Assembly: GCF_009834535.1 (NCBI RefSeq)
Contig: NC_045697.1
Location: 120,530,001 to 120,594,000, forward strand
Length of the DNA stretch: 64,000 nt
DNA from: Camelus ferus
Lineage: Eukaryota
Reading direction: 5' to 3'
Within the stretch, counting starts at the first letter, position 1; the number at the start of each line of letters is the position of its first letter. Below are positions 1 to 10,460 of the stretch, piece by piece. The notes under the pieces were generated by a model. It made no database searches and was not told the origin of the DNA. It worked only from the letters and a program-made list of their open reading frames with translations. Made by a program: the position numbers and the translations under genes.

Positions 1-3000
1 CTGAGAACCCTAGGTTCAGACTTACAGCCAAACTGTAGGAAGGACAAATGACACTGACATTGCAGCTCTCTGCTGGCTGGCTGGGAGCAGGAAGTCATAT
101 CTACAGCCAGTGAGGTTTCTGTCCCTCCTTCACACATGCTACTTCACAGGCTATTGCTCCCCGTGACGCAGATTTCCAGCATGTCGAGTCCCTGGGTCTT
201 TTGCTTTTCTCTGTGCACTTAATTTCCAAACTTAACACCAACAGCGAACACAATGGTCTTGCTGTGTCTGACCCTATCATTTGGGGCAGATCATGCAGAA
301 GGAAATAAAAAGTAAACCACAGAGCAAAGATCCAATTTTTTTTTTCTTGAAAGAAAAGGGGCTCAAGAGGTGAAACAATTGGTGTGGCTGGTGCAGGCAC
401 CTTGGACCACTGAGCATCTGAAAAGGAAAAATCACCAAAATAATCGGCAAAGCAATGCTGTATCTCTATTATAACAAGTGAGCCGGTTGAGAATATAAAC
501 CCTTGTGAGGTTAACATTGCATGAGTAAGCTCGGCGAAGTCCATGCTGAAGGATAAATTTCCTGGAGGACACAGAGCACCAGGTAAAGGTGTACATAGGC
601 TGTCTTCCCAGGGAAGCAAGGGGTATCGCCACTGAATCCAAATTACTACGCCTTAGCCACTATCAGATATATACTGGTGGCAACCTTGCCCTTCCAATGA
701 GCAAGGAGAGAGATTTTATTCTATTATGTGATCTGGCCTGGCCTATGTATGCCTGAATTGCCGGAGTAAATCTAGATCCTTTTAATTTTAAGGCTGCTTG
801 TGACATTTCAAAGCAACTCAGAGACTACTTAACAGATATAACAACAAGGCGGTTACAGGTACTTTGACGTACAATTTATATTCAGACCATCACAAGAGAC
901 CATAGACAAGAATGAGCACTGAGATACAGAGCAAAAAAAAAAAAAGAGCTTCCTCCAAAGTCATAGAGCTAATAAAGCTGGAGCCAGAATCCAACACTGT
1001 TTGTCTAATTTCCACCCCAGGGGTTTTGTACCGCACCAATATACATTCTATTCTTGGAGAAGTAAGTGGTATAAAAGGAAGTCAAGTTAAAAAAAATTAA
1101 CAAGAAAAAAAAATATTTGGGGCCCTAATGCCAACTTTTATGTGTTCTGAGAATGACCGAGTGAAATTTGAATAAAATGTTTTATATTCAGGTGTCTAAT
1201 GTAAACTTACTGTTCGTATTCAAATCTCTAAGGTCAGTTTGTTTAGGATTCTGATATTGTGTGATATGTTTGAAGAAAAAAACCAGCAGAAACATTTCAA
1301 GTGGAAGAAAGCCAGAATGTGGAAAGGAAAAAAAAATGGAGTTGACTTTTCAATAGATTTTCAGTACCTTTCATCAGAGACCACAGGCCACAGAGGGAGG
1401 AAAGAGACTGCACATTTCTGTCATGGTGAAGACCTACACAGACCTGGGAATCACACTTAAGATGAAAACGGAACTTGATAATTATTGCAATATACTTTTT
1501 TTTCTTCAACTCAACTCTTCCTACATTCCAAATCTTTGTTAAATCAGAACAGTTTGCAAATTAAGTCTTGGGGGGAAGGTCATTGTGTAAACTGGCAAAA
1601 CACACACACTCACTGTCAGCATGTGTTCTGAACAAGAGATCACACATGTGCCAATGTCAGTCTCCACGCTTCTGCTCCTGGACTGAGAGGGTCTCGCTGT
1701 CTCTCTTGGATAACTGACCCCGTGCCTGCGTGTGAAGAGACTTGAGGCTAAGGCAGAACAAGGGACTTCACTCAACATTGCATTACTTTATGGATACCAC
1801 CAATGAACTGATGAATAAACCGCAGAGAAAGTGAACAAGCACTAGCAGTGTTGATTGGGCTTAAATCTAGCTTGTTGGTTTCTGATACCCTGCCCATTCC
1901 TGTCTCTGGTCCACAACAGTGATGTCACTTTTTGTATCCCAGGAATGCCAGTTTTCAGGAACGCTAAGGAGAATATTACCTAAGAAGACAAGTGCTTTTT
2001 TGTCTGCCGTTAAGCTCGAGCAAGTAAAACATTAAAGAGAAGAAGTAAGAGATCTTCAGAAAGAATAGAAACATAACAGTCTTGCCTTCATCGCTTGAGA
2101 AACAAGTATTTTAAATGATCTGAAGTTTCTGTTGACCAACGTGACTGTGGACTTTTGAGAATTGATCTTACATTTGTTTCACTAAATGGCCTTTTATTCA
2201 AATGGCCATCTTCCTAAAACGAGTGAGTGGCTGTTACACCAAAAACAGGCGTTACTATGCCTTATTATCCTCACAAAGAAGTCACTGCTTACAGAAAAAA
2301 GAGTTTGAGTCCAGCCTATTAAAAAGGTTAAAGCGGTATTTCAGAGCAACTGCTCCTGCACTGAAATATATTTATTCAGTTTGTGACTTAATTTGCTCAC
2401 TAGGGACCAGAAAAGAAAGACATGATGAAAGTCAAGAGAAAGAGATGACAAAGTATTAATTATAAAAGCCAAAGAGTGTATTCATTTTCTTAGCTAGTAC
2501 TTTTTCCATTGTTGCGATTCATTTTTCTTTTCTTGTTCCCATTCGTTTTCTTTTTCCAGAAAATTTTTCTTCAAGAACAAATATCTTCAGGACCTGATTT
2601 GCTGGGCTGGCCACCTGGCTGGGAGATGAAGGGAGTCTGGAAGGCAGGGCCCCACTAGGGGATCCTGTCTTGATCACTGCTGTTGTCCTGATGTTTCCCC
2701 AAAGTCACATAGGTAAGACTGGGATGGGCTGGGCAGGTGGAGGACCTGAGTCTGTCTTCAGTCTGGGCTCTGAGGACCCTCAGGGGCTGCGTGAAAAGGA
2801 ATGCGATATAATACGTAGGACTCAGGTTTCCCCACCCCAGCTCAGGTTTAACCAGATAGTCTACTACTATCTGAGTTAAGCACTGGGCTTCTGTGAGATA
2901 TTTTTAACTACAAAGGGGGCTTAGGGACTAACTGCAATTAGAAAATTAACTCATTGCTATGATGAATCAACCAAGGTCCAGAAAACATAAGGTGTCTCTT

Positions 3001-3295
3001 CCATGATCACCCCAGGAGCTGGAAGAAGAATCCTGATTTCCTCAGCAAATGTCATTGCATTTGAAGGACAGAAGCTTGAGTGTGAATTTCTGTTCACCCA
3101 GCGGGCTGGCAGGTTAATAGACATGCGTGACTATCATGAGCCAAGGAAGACATAAATGATGGAATGCTTCCACCTTGACGTCTTAAAAGACACACTGGAC
3201 CAATCTGAGCTGGGTTCTGACCTCCTCAAAGTGCTGCTTTGTATTCTCTCACAGCCTGAAACTTTTCAAAGACAGATGCCTCTTGTTTTTCCCTT

Positions 3296-3789
3296 TGACA
3301 GGGAACAAATTCTAATAACTTAACTGTTGCAAACTAAGGAATGTCGCTTGCCACCTGGTTCTATGAGGACTGAGTCATTAGCCACTGCAGTCCCCGGTCT
3401 GGAATGTACCCTGAAAGAAATTTAGGGCAATAATCTGGATGAGGCATCTGTGTTCTGGGGATAAAAGGCAAAACAGGCTTTCAGATTATTCCAGGAGAAA
3501 TTTTTATGAACATGATTCTCGCATCTTCCCATACTTACAAAGGCATTAAGATTACCTGAGCTATCTGCTCCATATGACTAGCAGTAACCTTCTACCAAGA
3601 TGCATGCTTGATTGCATACCCCTTTGCCAAAATCACATATACACTGCCCGCCACCCCCGCCCCCATATCTTCAGAGCAGTTCCTCAGCGCTATCTAAGAA
3701 GCTGTATCTGGGGCTATAATCCTGAGTAAGTCCCCAAGTAAAACTGAAACTCACAGCTCTCGTGTTGTACATTTTTTTCTTAGTCAACA
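3296..3789 (+). mobile_element. ERV1-class LTR (MER34/LTR39-like), 5' LTR of a decayed provirus
   Basis: Begins TGACAGGGAAC and ends ...AAAACTGAAACTCACAGCTCTCGTGTTGTACATTTTTTTCTTAGTCAACA (TG...CA termini). It is followed within 5 nt by a PBS-like sequence. The 3' part resembles MER34-group LTR ends as I recall them. The family name and the 5' boundary are approximate. Confidence 0.7.
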
Positions 3790-3793
3790 GGTC

Positions 3794-3811
3794 TGGTGAC
3801 CACAGAGAGAC
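3794..3811 (+). promoter_or_regulatory. Degenerate retroviral primer-binding site, tRNA-Arg(TCG)-like
   Basis: TGGTGACCACAGAGAGAC matches 14/18 to TGGCGACCACGAAGGGAC, the complement of the 3' end of a tRNA-Arg(TCG). It lies directly after the LTR's terminal CA, and one mismatch is a CpG-type transition. Confidence 0.6.
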
Positions 3812-4208
3812 CCACAGCAGACTCCTCTCCATCCCCTGAACTCTACAAGGACCAGGAGCCTTGGTATCAGCAAGGGTCCCTTGTACCCATCTGTCTCCTC
3901 GGTATGTCCAGATGAATTTGGGTGAATCTCTTCTGGTCTCAGATCTCTCGTTATTGGTTACAATCTGAGTTTTATTTGATGGTTGATAAAAGGTACCTGA
4001 CTCCTTAGCTGAGAGACACAGGAAGATTTGCTCAGTGGAAAGACACTGAGTGTTTTGGACTGGGGGATTCGGTAGGAGGCTGGCCGTCTTCCCTCAATCT
4101 GACTACCTTAATAGAATTTGTTAGGGTACAAGTGAAGATGTCATATGAGAGCTCTCTGCTCCAAAGAAAGGTCCTCTCAGCTCTTTACAGCTTTCTCACG
4201 TAGCTGAG

Positions 4209-4241
4209 AAAATTATGGGAAATTATGGAAAATTTATGGGA
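4209..4241 (+). repeat. Short tandem repeat, ~3 copies of AAATTATGG(G/A)
   Basis: AAAATTATGGGA-AATTATGGAA-AATTTATGGGA read directly from the sequence. Confidence 0.6.
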
Positions 4242-4432
4242 GTGATGCAGGCAAGTCCTTTCATGCTGGGCAGCTGTCTCATTGGGAATCCCCTCATTAA
4301 TTGAACACTTGCTTATTTATCCAGGGATGCACAATATAAGAGTGGGTCACTCTGAGACAGGAGGCAAGGGGGCAGGGCACAGCCACTGAAGGGATGACAC
4401 AGCAACTGAGGACAGGACACACTGGTTAGGAC

Positions 4433-4443
4433 CAAGATGGCGG
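4433..4443 (+). promoter_or_regulatory. YY1-type motif within the MER41-like LTR
   Basis: CAAGATGGCGG matches the YY1 consensus core AAGATGGCG. This is a motif match only; binding is not shown. Confidence 0.5.
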
Positions 4444-4543
4444 AAGACTCGACTTCCAGTAGACCTTGAGCCTCATGCACACCCACAGGCACCGTGACAG
4501 TGCCTCGGCTGACCATAAAAGGGCAAAAAGTGGGCGGGCCCAA

Positions 4544-4552
4544 TTCCTGGAA
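4544..4552. promoter_or_regulatory. GAS (STAT-binding) motif within the MER41-like LTR
   Basis: TTCCTGGAA fits TTCnnnGAA, with a GC box (GGGCGGG, 4532-4538) just upstream. This is a motif match only. Confidence 0.5.
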
Positions 4553-4993
4553 ATCCTCTCCCCTTTCCCAACATAGTCAGAATAATCCTCTTACTCGTTA
4601 GCACATGAAATTACAGAGCCCATAAAAACTAACAACTCTGCACCTCGTGGTCACTCTCCTAAGCCACTCTAACAGTGTATCTCCTAAGCCGCTCTCCCTT
4701 CTGAGTGAGGCAGACCCCACTCTGTCTGTGGAGTGCGTCTCTCTAAATAAACTGCTTTCACTTTACTAAGCCTTGCTCTTGAATTCTTTCCTGCAGGAGA
4801 GAACTTATTCTCCGGCAACAACGCAGTGCTTCAAACTCCCACAGCAGATTTAGATTTCTGGAGAGAGAAACTGAGACACGAAAAGAGCTGAAATGACTCT
4901 AGCAGGGCACCTAGAGGAGTTAAGCTCGCAAACAGCACATCAGCCCACCGTACAGTTTCATTAGTTATTTTATCCCAATAAAACCAACTTTAA

Positions 4994-5180
4994 ATGGGGA
5001 ATAAAGTTTCCTAAACAGAGAAATGAGGGGGTGTCAGGTAGCTAACCGCCCACGAACACCCCAGCCAGGTCTATGTACTTACGGCCTTCGACTTGCAGGT
5101 ACTTACTTAATTGGGGAAACTATACTAAAGGGGATTCCAACCTCAAATGGCCAAATTGGGGCCCTTTTTCAGGTTTGTAA
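4994..5180 (+). pseudogene. gag: Degenerate retroviral gag matrix (MA) remnant
   Basis: ATG at 4994 gives MGNKVS* (MG..S myristoylation-type start). After a frameshift, 5046-5180 reads PPTNTPARSMYLRPSTCRYLLNWGNYTKGDSNLKWPNWGPFSGL*, with a W...WPxxGxF pattern like gammaretrovirus-type MA. Its position downstream of LTR/PBS fits gag. This frame is not in the supplied ORF track. Confidence 0.55.
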
Positions 5181-6369
5181 ACTGGATTTTGCATACGCAG
5201 TCAGACAAAGCCAGCTTGATGAAACATCTTCTCAGAATTCTTACCCTAAGGAATCAAGCCCTTCTAAGAGGAGTTTGCATTTTTCCCCCTGTGCCTTTGA
5301 GATGTAAACGTTCTACCAGAGCTCTCAGGAGCTCTTATCTTAACTCTTTCTAGACCATCTCTAATTCCCGAGACGGAGACAAAAAGACAAAGGAAAAGAG
5401 ACCGTTTTAAAACTCAAGCAAGTAATCTTACCCCAACTGTCATTTATAAAATTAGTGAGTTTTACTTTATTATTGTAATACCTGATTCAGGACTACGTTT
5501 AAAATCGAGCTATGCGCTCTCTAGTTGTGTGTGTCTATATGTCTGTGAGTACATTATAGGCATCATATGTCTCTACCTCTGGATGGTACTGACAAAATTA
5601 ACTTGTAAATGAGCTTTATTTAATTGGCTTAGAGAAAATAAGCATTTATATAAATTCTCAGAAAGAACAGAAACCAACTCAAATGAATTTCTGGTTCACG
5701 TGATCTGGGAAATAGTCAATATTAAATAAATATTTGGCATTAAATTATTTTAAGTTTGTTGGTTTAATTGCTACAGACATGAATGTTAGAGTCATCAATA
5801 TTAAGTACTTCATCAGACCTACGTTTTCTAGAAGTCAAATAAGATCTTATTATTTCTGTTATAAAGTTGTCAGCAAGAGAGAGAACTTGGTATGATACAA
5901 TTTTTAGAAGTAAAATAAATACAAATGAGATAGAAGTTTTTAACTGTGTCTTCAGGAAGAATTATGTTTTATGGCATGTCTACTTTAAATAGTATCTCCA
6001 GACTTTTGGTAACTTGAAACTTCAGAGTTTTGCTAAGTTAAGTTGACCAATAGTGAAAGCTTATTGGACATCTAGATCGTTCCCACGTAAAACAAGATGC
6101 TGAAGCCTTAGTTACTGAACACAGGCTTCCTTTTACAGAGAAGCTGAAGACACTTAGGACTATTCGTAAATGTGTTAGTGTCACTCTGAGCATTCTTTAT
6201 AAGAACACACGTTTTTAGAAGTTATAAATAGTATTTATAGGTTTGCCAATCTATAGAATGCTAATGGAAGAGCAGTTCATAACTGCTAACTTCTTAGTTT
6301 TCACTAGAAATTAAGGTTTTTAAGCGCTGAGATTTCTAATTAATGTATTTTTCAAGTTGCCTAAAGTCT

Positions 6370-6469
6370 NNNNNNNNNNNNNNNNNNNNNNNNNNNNNNN
6401 NNNNNNNNNNNNNNNNNNNNNNNNNNNNNNNNNNNNNNNNNNNNNNNNNNNNNNNNNNNNNNNNNNNNN
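6370..6469. other. Assembly gap (100 N)
   Basis: Run of exactly 100 N separating ERV sequence from the satellite. Confidence 0.99.
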
Positions 6470-6499
6470 GTTCGAGAAATATTCACTGCTGAGCTGTTA

Positions 6500-9400
6500 A
6501 CATGTGGATTACTGAACTTTCATCTACCATAAAATGTGTATATACAGCTAGAAACATGTACAAATTATATGCAGATTTTTCCAAAACTCAGTTTCTGAAA
6601 TCAGGCAGTTTTCAAAGTAACTATATTCTTGGAACTTGTTCCACCCATTAGACATGTAATTTTTACAGTGTTAGATTCAGAATCATGTCAAATTGGTCTT
6701 ATATAAAATGCATTTGCATCACGGTTTCAAATAAGTATTCACTACAGGTTTGGTTGCATGTGTATTTCTGAACTTTCATCACCATACAAGTCATATTGGC
6801 CTTAGAAGCATTTCTCAAAATTCGAATTTTTTCCAATGCCAGTTTGGGAAATGAGGCAGATTTCACCGAAAAATGCTTTTGCAGCAAGTTCTACCAAGTG
6901 ACAGTAATTTAAATGCTTCTACTCACCGTGACTTTGCATGTTCGAACACGCTACATGCATCACTGATTCGAACAAACATTCTTTATTGAGTGGTGAACGT
7001 GTGTATTACCGAACTTTCATCCACCATACAAGTCATATTGACACTTAGAAGCATTTTCTCAGATTTTGAAGTGTTTACCTAATGTCAGATTTGAAAATGA
7101 GGCAGATTTCACAGAAAAATGCTTTTGAAACGAGTTCTACCCAATACAGATGTAATTTACAAAGATTCTATCACCGTGATATTCTGTGTTCAGAACACGC
7201 TACATGGATCACGGATTGGACAAACATTTTTTAATGAGCTGTGAACATGTGGAGTACCAAACTTTCATCCACCAAACACTGAATATTTACACCTAGACAT
7301 TTTTCTCTGTGTTCGCAGATTTGTCCTAATGCCACTTGCGAAATACAGGCAGTTTTCACAGAAAAATTCTCTTCGATCATGTTCTATCCAATAGACATGA
7401 ATTTACAATGTTTCACTTACCATGACATTCCGTGTTCATAACACGCTACATGCATATTGGATTTAGAAATCATTCATTACTGAGTTGTGAGCATGTGGAT
7501 TTCTGAACTTTCCACCACCATACAAGGTATATTTACACCTAGAAATATTTACTCTGCTTTCCCAGCTTTTTCCTAAATTCAGTTTCAAAAATCATGAAGT
7601 TTTCGCAGAAAAAACCTTTTCATGCGAGTTCTACCCAGTAGAATTATAATTTAAATGGTTTCCCTCAAAGTGACTTTCCATTTTCTGAACACGCTACATG
7701 CATCACGGATTTGACAAACATTCATTACTCAGTTGTGTGCATGTGGATTACAGAACTTTCTTCCACCATACAAGGCATAAATACACCTAGAAATATTTAC
7801 CCTGATTTCACAGATTTTTCCTAACGTCAGTCTCGAAAATCATAAAGTTTTCCCAGAAAAAATCTCTGCATGTGTGTTCTACCCATTAGAATTGCAATTT
7901 CAATTGTTTCCCACAAAGTGACTTTCCGTGGTCGGAAAACACTGCATTCATCACGGATTTGACAAACATTCATTAGTCAGTTGTGTGCCTGTGAATTACA
8001 GAACTTTCATCCACCATATAATGCATATATACACCTTGAAAATATTATTCTGATTTTGCAGCTTTTTCCTAACTGCAGTTTAGAATATCAGGCAACTTTG
8101 CAGGATAATTCTCTTGTAGAGTGTTCTACACAGTAGACATGTAATTTACATAGATCTCCTCGCCGTGACATACCGTGTTTCGAAAATGCTACATGCACAG
8201 CAGTTCGACAAATATTAAGTGCTGAGTTGTTAGCATGTGGATTAATGTACTTTCATCTACCATACAATGTATATATACAGCTAGAAGCATGTACTCAGTA
8301 TTTGCAGATATTTCTTAATGCCAGTTTCGAAAATAAGACAGTTTTCACAGAAAAATCCTCTTGGAGTGAGTTCTATCCAATACACTTGTAATTTACATAG
8401 TTTCACTTACCATGACATTCCGTGTTCTGAAAACATTACATGCATCACAGATTCTACAACATTCTATATTGAGTGTAAGCATGTGCATTACAAACTTTCA
8501 TCTACCACACCAGACATATTTGCACCTAGAAACATTAATTCTGGGTTCGCAGCAATTTCCTAATAGCAGTTTTGGAAATTAGGCATTTTTCGAAGGAAAA
8601 AACTGTTGGAGCGATTTCTACTCACTAGGCATGTAATTTACATAGATCCCATTGCTGTGAAATTACGTCTTTCGAACACGCTACATGCATAACGGATTCG
8701 ACATATATTCACTACAAATGTGTTTGCATGTGGATTACCGAACTTTCAGCATAATAAAAGGCATATTGATACTTAGAAGCATTTTCTCTGATTTCACAGA
8801 GGTTTCCAATCGCCAGATTCCAAAATGCAGCAGATTTCACAGCAAAAAGCTCTTGGAGCGAGTTCTTCCCAAGAGAATTGTAATTTACAAAGATTTGCTC
8901 ACCGTGAAATTCCGTGTTCTGAACAGGCTACATGCATCTCGGATTCCACAAATTTTCAATACAGAGTTGTTAGCATGTGGATTACCGTAGTTTTATACAC
9001 CATACAAGGCATAATGTCGCTTACAAACATTTTCTCATGTTTTGAAAGTTTTCCTAACGCCAGTTTTGAAAATGAGTCAGTTTTCACCGAAAAATACTCT
9101 TGGAGAGAGTTCCACAGAATAGACATTTAATTTACATAGGTTCCCTCACCGTCAAATTCTGTGTTCCGAGAAAGCTGCATGCATAACATTTTCGACAAAT
9201 ATTCACTACAGAATTTTTTAGCATGTGGATTACTGAACTTTCATCCACCATACAATTCATATTGACACTTAGAATCATTTTCTCAAATTTCGAAGTGTTT
9301 TTCTAATGCCAGTTTTGAAAATGAGGCAGATTTCGCAGATAAATGCTTTTGGAGCGAGTTCTACCTAATACATGTGTAATTTGCAAGGTTTCTATTACCG

Positions 9401-10460
9401 TGATAGTCTGTGTTCCGAACACATTACATGGATCACGGATTCGACAAACATTGATTAATGAGTTGGGAACGTGTTGATTACCGAACATTCATCCAACAAA
9501 CACGGCATATTTACACCTAGAAATTTTTCTCTGTGTTTGCAGATTTGTCCGAATGCCAGTTGCAAAAAACAGGCAGTTTTCACAGAAAAATTCTCTTCGA
9601 GCGTGTTCTATCAGACAGACATGAAATTTACAATGTTTCAACTACCATGACATTCCCTGTTCAGAACACGCTCTATGCATAATGGATTTATAAAACATTC
9701 ATTACTGATTAGAGAGCATGTGGATTTCCGAAATTTAATCCACCAAACAAGGCATATTTACACCTAGAAATATTTACTCTGCTTTCACAGCTTTTTCCTA
9801 AATTCAGGTTTTAAAATCATGAAGTTTTCTCAGGAAAAAACCTCTTCAAGCGAGTTCTATCCAGAGGAATTGTAATTTAAGCAGTTTCCCTCAAAGCGAC
9901 TTTCCGTTTTCTGAACATGCTACATGCATCACGGATTTGACAAACGTTAATTACTCAGTTGTGTGCATGTGGATTACAGAACTTTCATCCACCATATGAG
10001 ACATATATACACCTAGAAATATTTACTCTGATTTCACTACTTTTTCCTACCGTCTGTTTTGAAAATCATGATGTTATTGCAGAAGTAATCTCTGCAAGCG
10101 AGTTCGACCCAGTAGAATTGTAATTTCAATAGTTTCCCACAAAGTGACTTTCCATGGTCCGAACATGCTAAATTCATCACGGATTTGACAAACATTCGTT
10201 ACTCAGTTGTGTGCATGTAGATTACAGAATTTTCATCCACCATATAAGGCATATATAAACCTAGAAAACATTATTCTGAGTTCGCAGCTTTTTCCTAATG
10301 GCAGTTTAGAAAATCTGGCAACTATAGCAGGATAAATCTCTTGTAGCATGTTCTACACATTGGACATATAATTTACATAGAGTCCCTCGCCGTGAAATTC
10401 CGTGCTTCAAACTTGCTACTTGCACCGCAGGTTCGACAAATATTCACTGCTGAGTTGTTA
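6500..10460 (+). repeat. One complete 16-monomer HOR (A-P), ~3.96 kb
   Basis: The monomer-A tag CATCTACCATAAAATGTGTATATACAGC occurs at 6521 and again at 10482 (3961 bp apart), with 15 different monomers between. Confidence 0.9.

Larger units (their letters stand above)
4353..4820 (+). mobile_element. MER41-like (ERV1) solo LTR inserted in the provirus leader
   Basis: Starts TGAGACAGGAGGCAAGGGGGCAGGGCAC and ends CCGGCAACA. It contains CCAAGATGGCGGAAG, GACCATAAAAGG, CAATTCCTGGAAATCC and AATAAA (4746-4751), matching my recollection of cetartiodactyl MER41 consensus blocks. It is flanked by ACTC (4349-4352) and ACGC (4821-4824), a possible 4-bp TSD with one mismatch. Confidence 0.7.
3790..6369 (+). 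mobile_element. ERV1 (MER4/MER34-group-like) internal region, non-autonomous/decayed, interrupted by a solo LTR and truncated by the assembly gap
   Basis: Order LTR-PBS-leader-gag remnant, then a long AT-rich non-coding tract (about 5400-6369) of the kind seen in non-autonomous ERV1 internals. No pol/env ORF and no 3' LTR are visible before the gap. Confidence 0.6.

Noticed and set aside
101..619. 172-aa minus-strand ORF and an acceptor-like TTTTCCTTTTCAG near 418-430
   Set aside because: I recognise no homology, the start is non-ATG and no matching exon chain is evident. A small exon cannot be excluded without RNA data.
5023..5353. ORF-track ORFs 5023-5307 and 5147-5353 as retroviral genes
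   Set aside because: The gag-like residues lie mainly in a different, stop-interrupted frame (5046-5180). These ORFs are incidental.
6661..6720. Apparently foreign sequence inside the first A monomer
   Set aside because: It aligns loosely to normal A sequence (compare 10621-10680) and lies at a contig end, so consensus error is the more likely cause.
8318..8563. Cys/His-rich translation resembling a zinc-finger array
   Set aside because: There is no C-x2-C-x12-H-x3-H spacing, no TGEKP linker and no 84-bp period. Cys/His come from frequent TGT/CAT triplets in the repeat.
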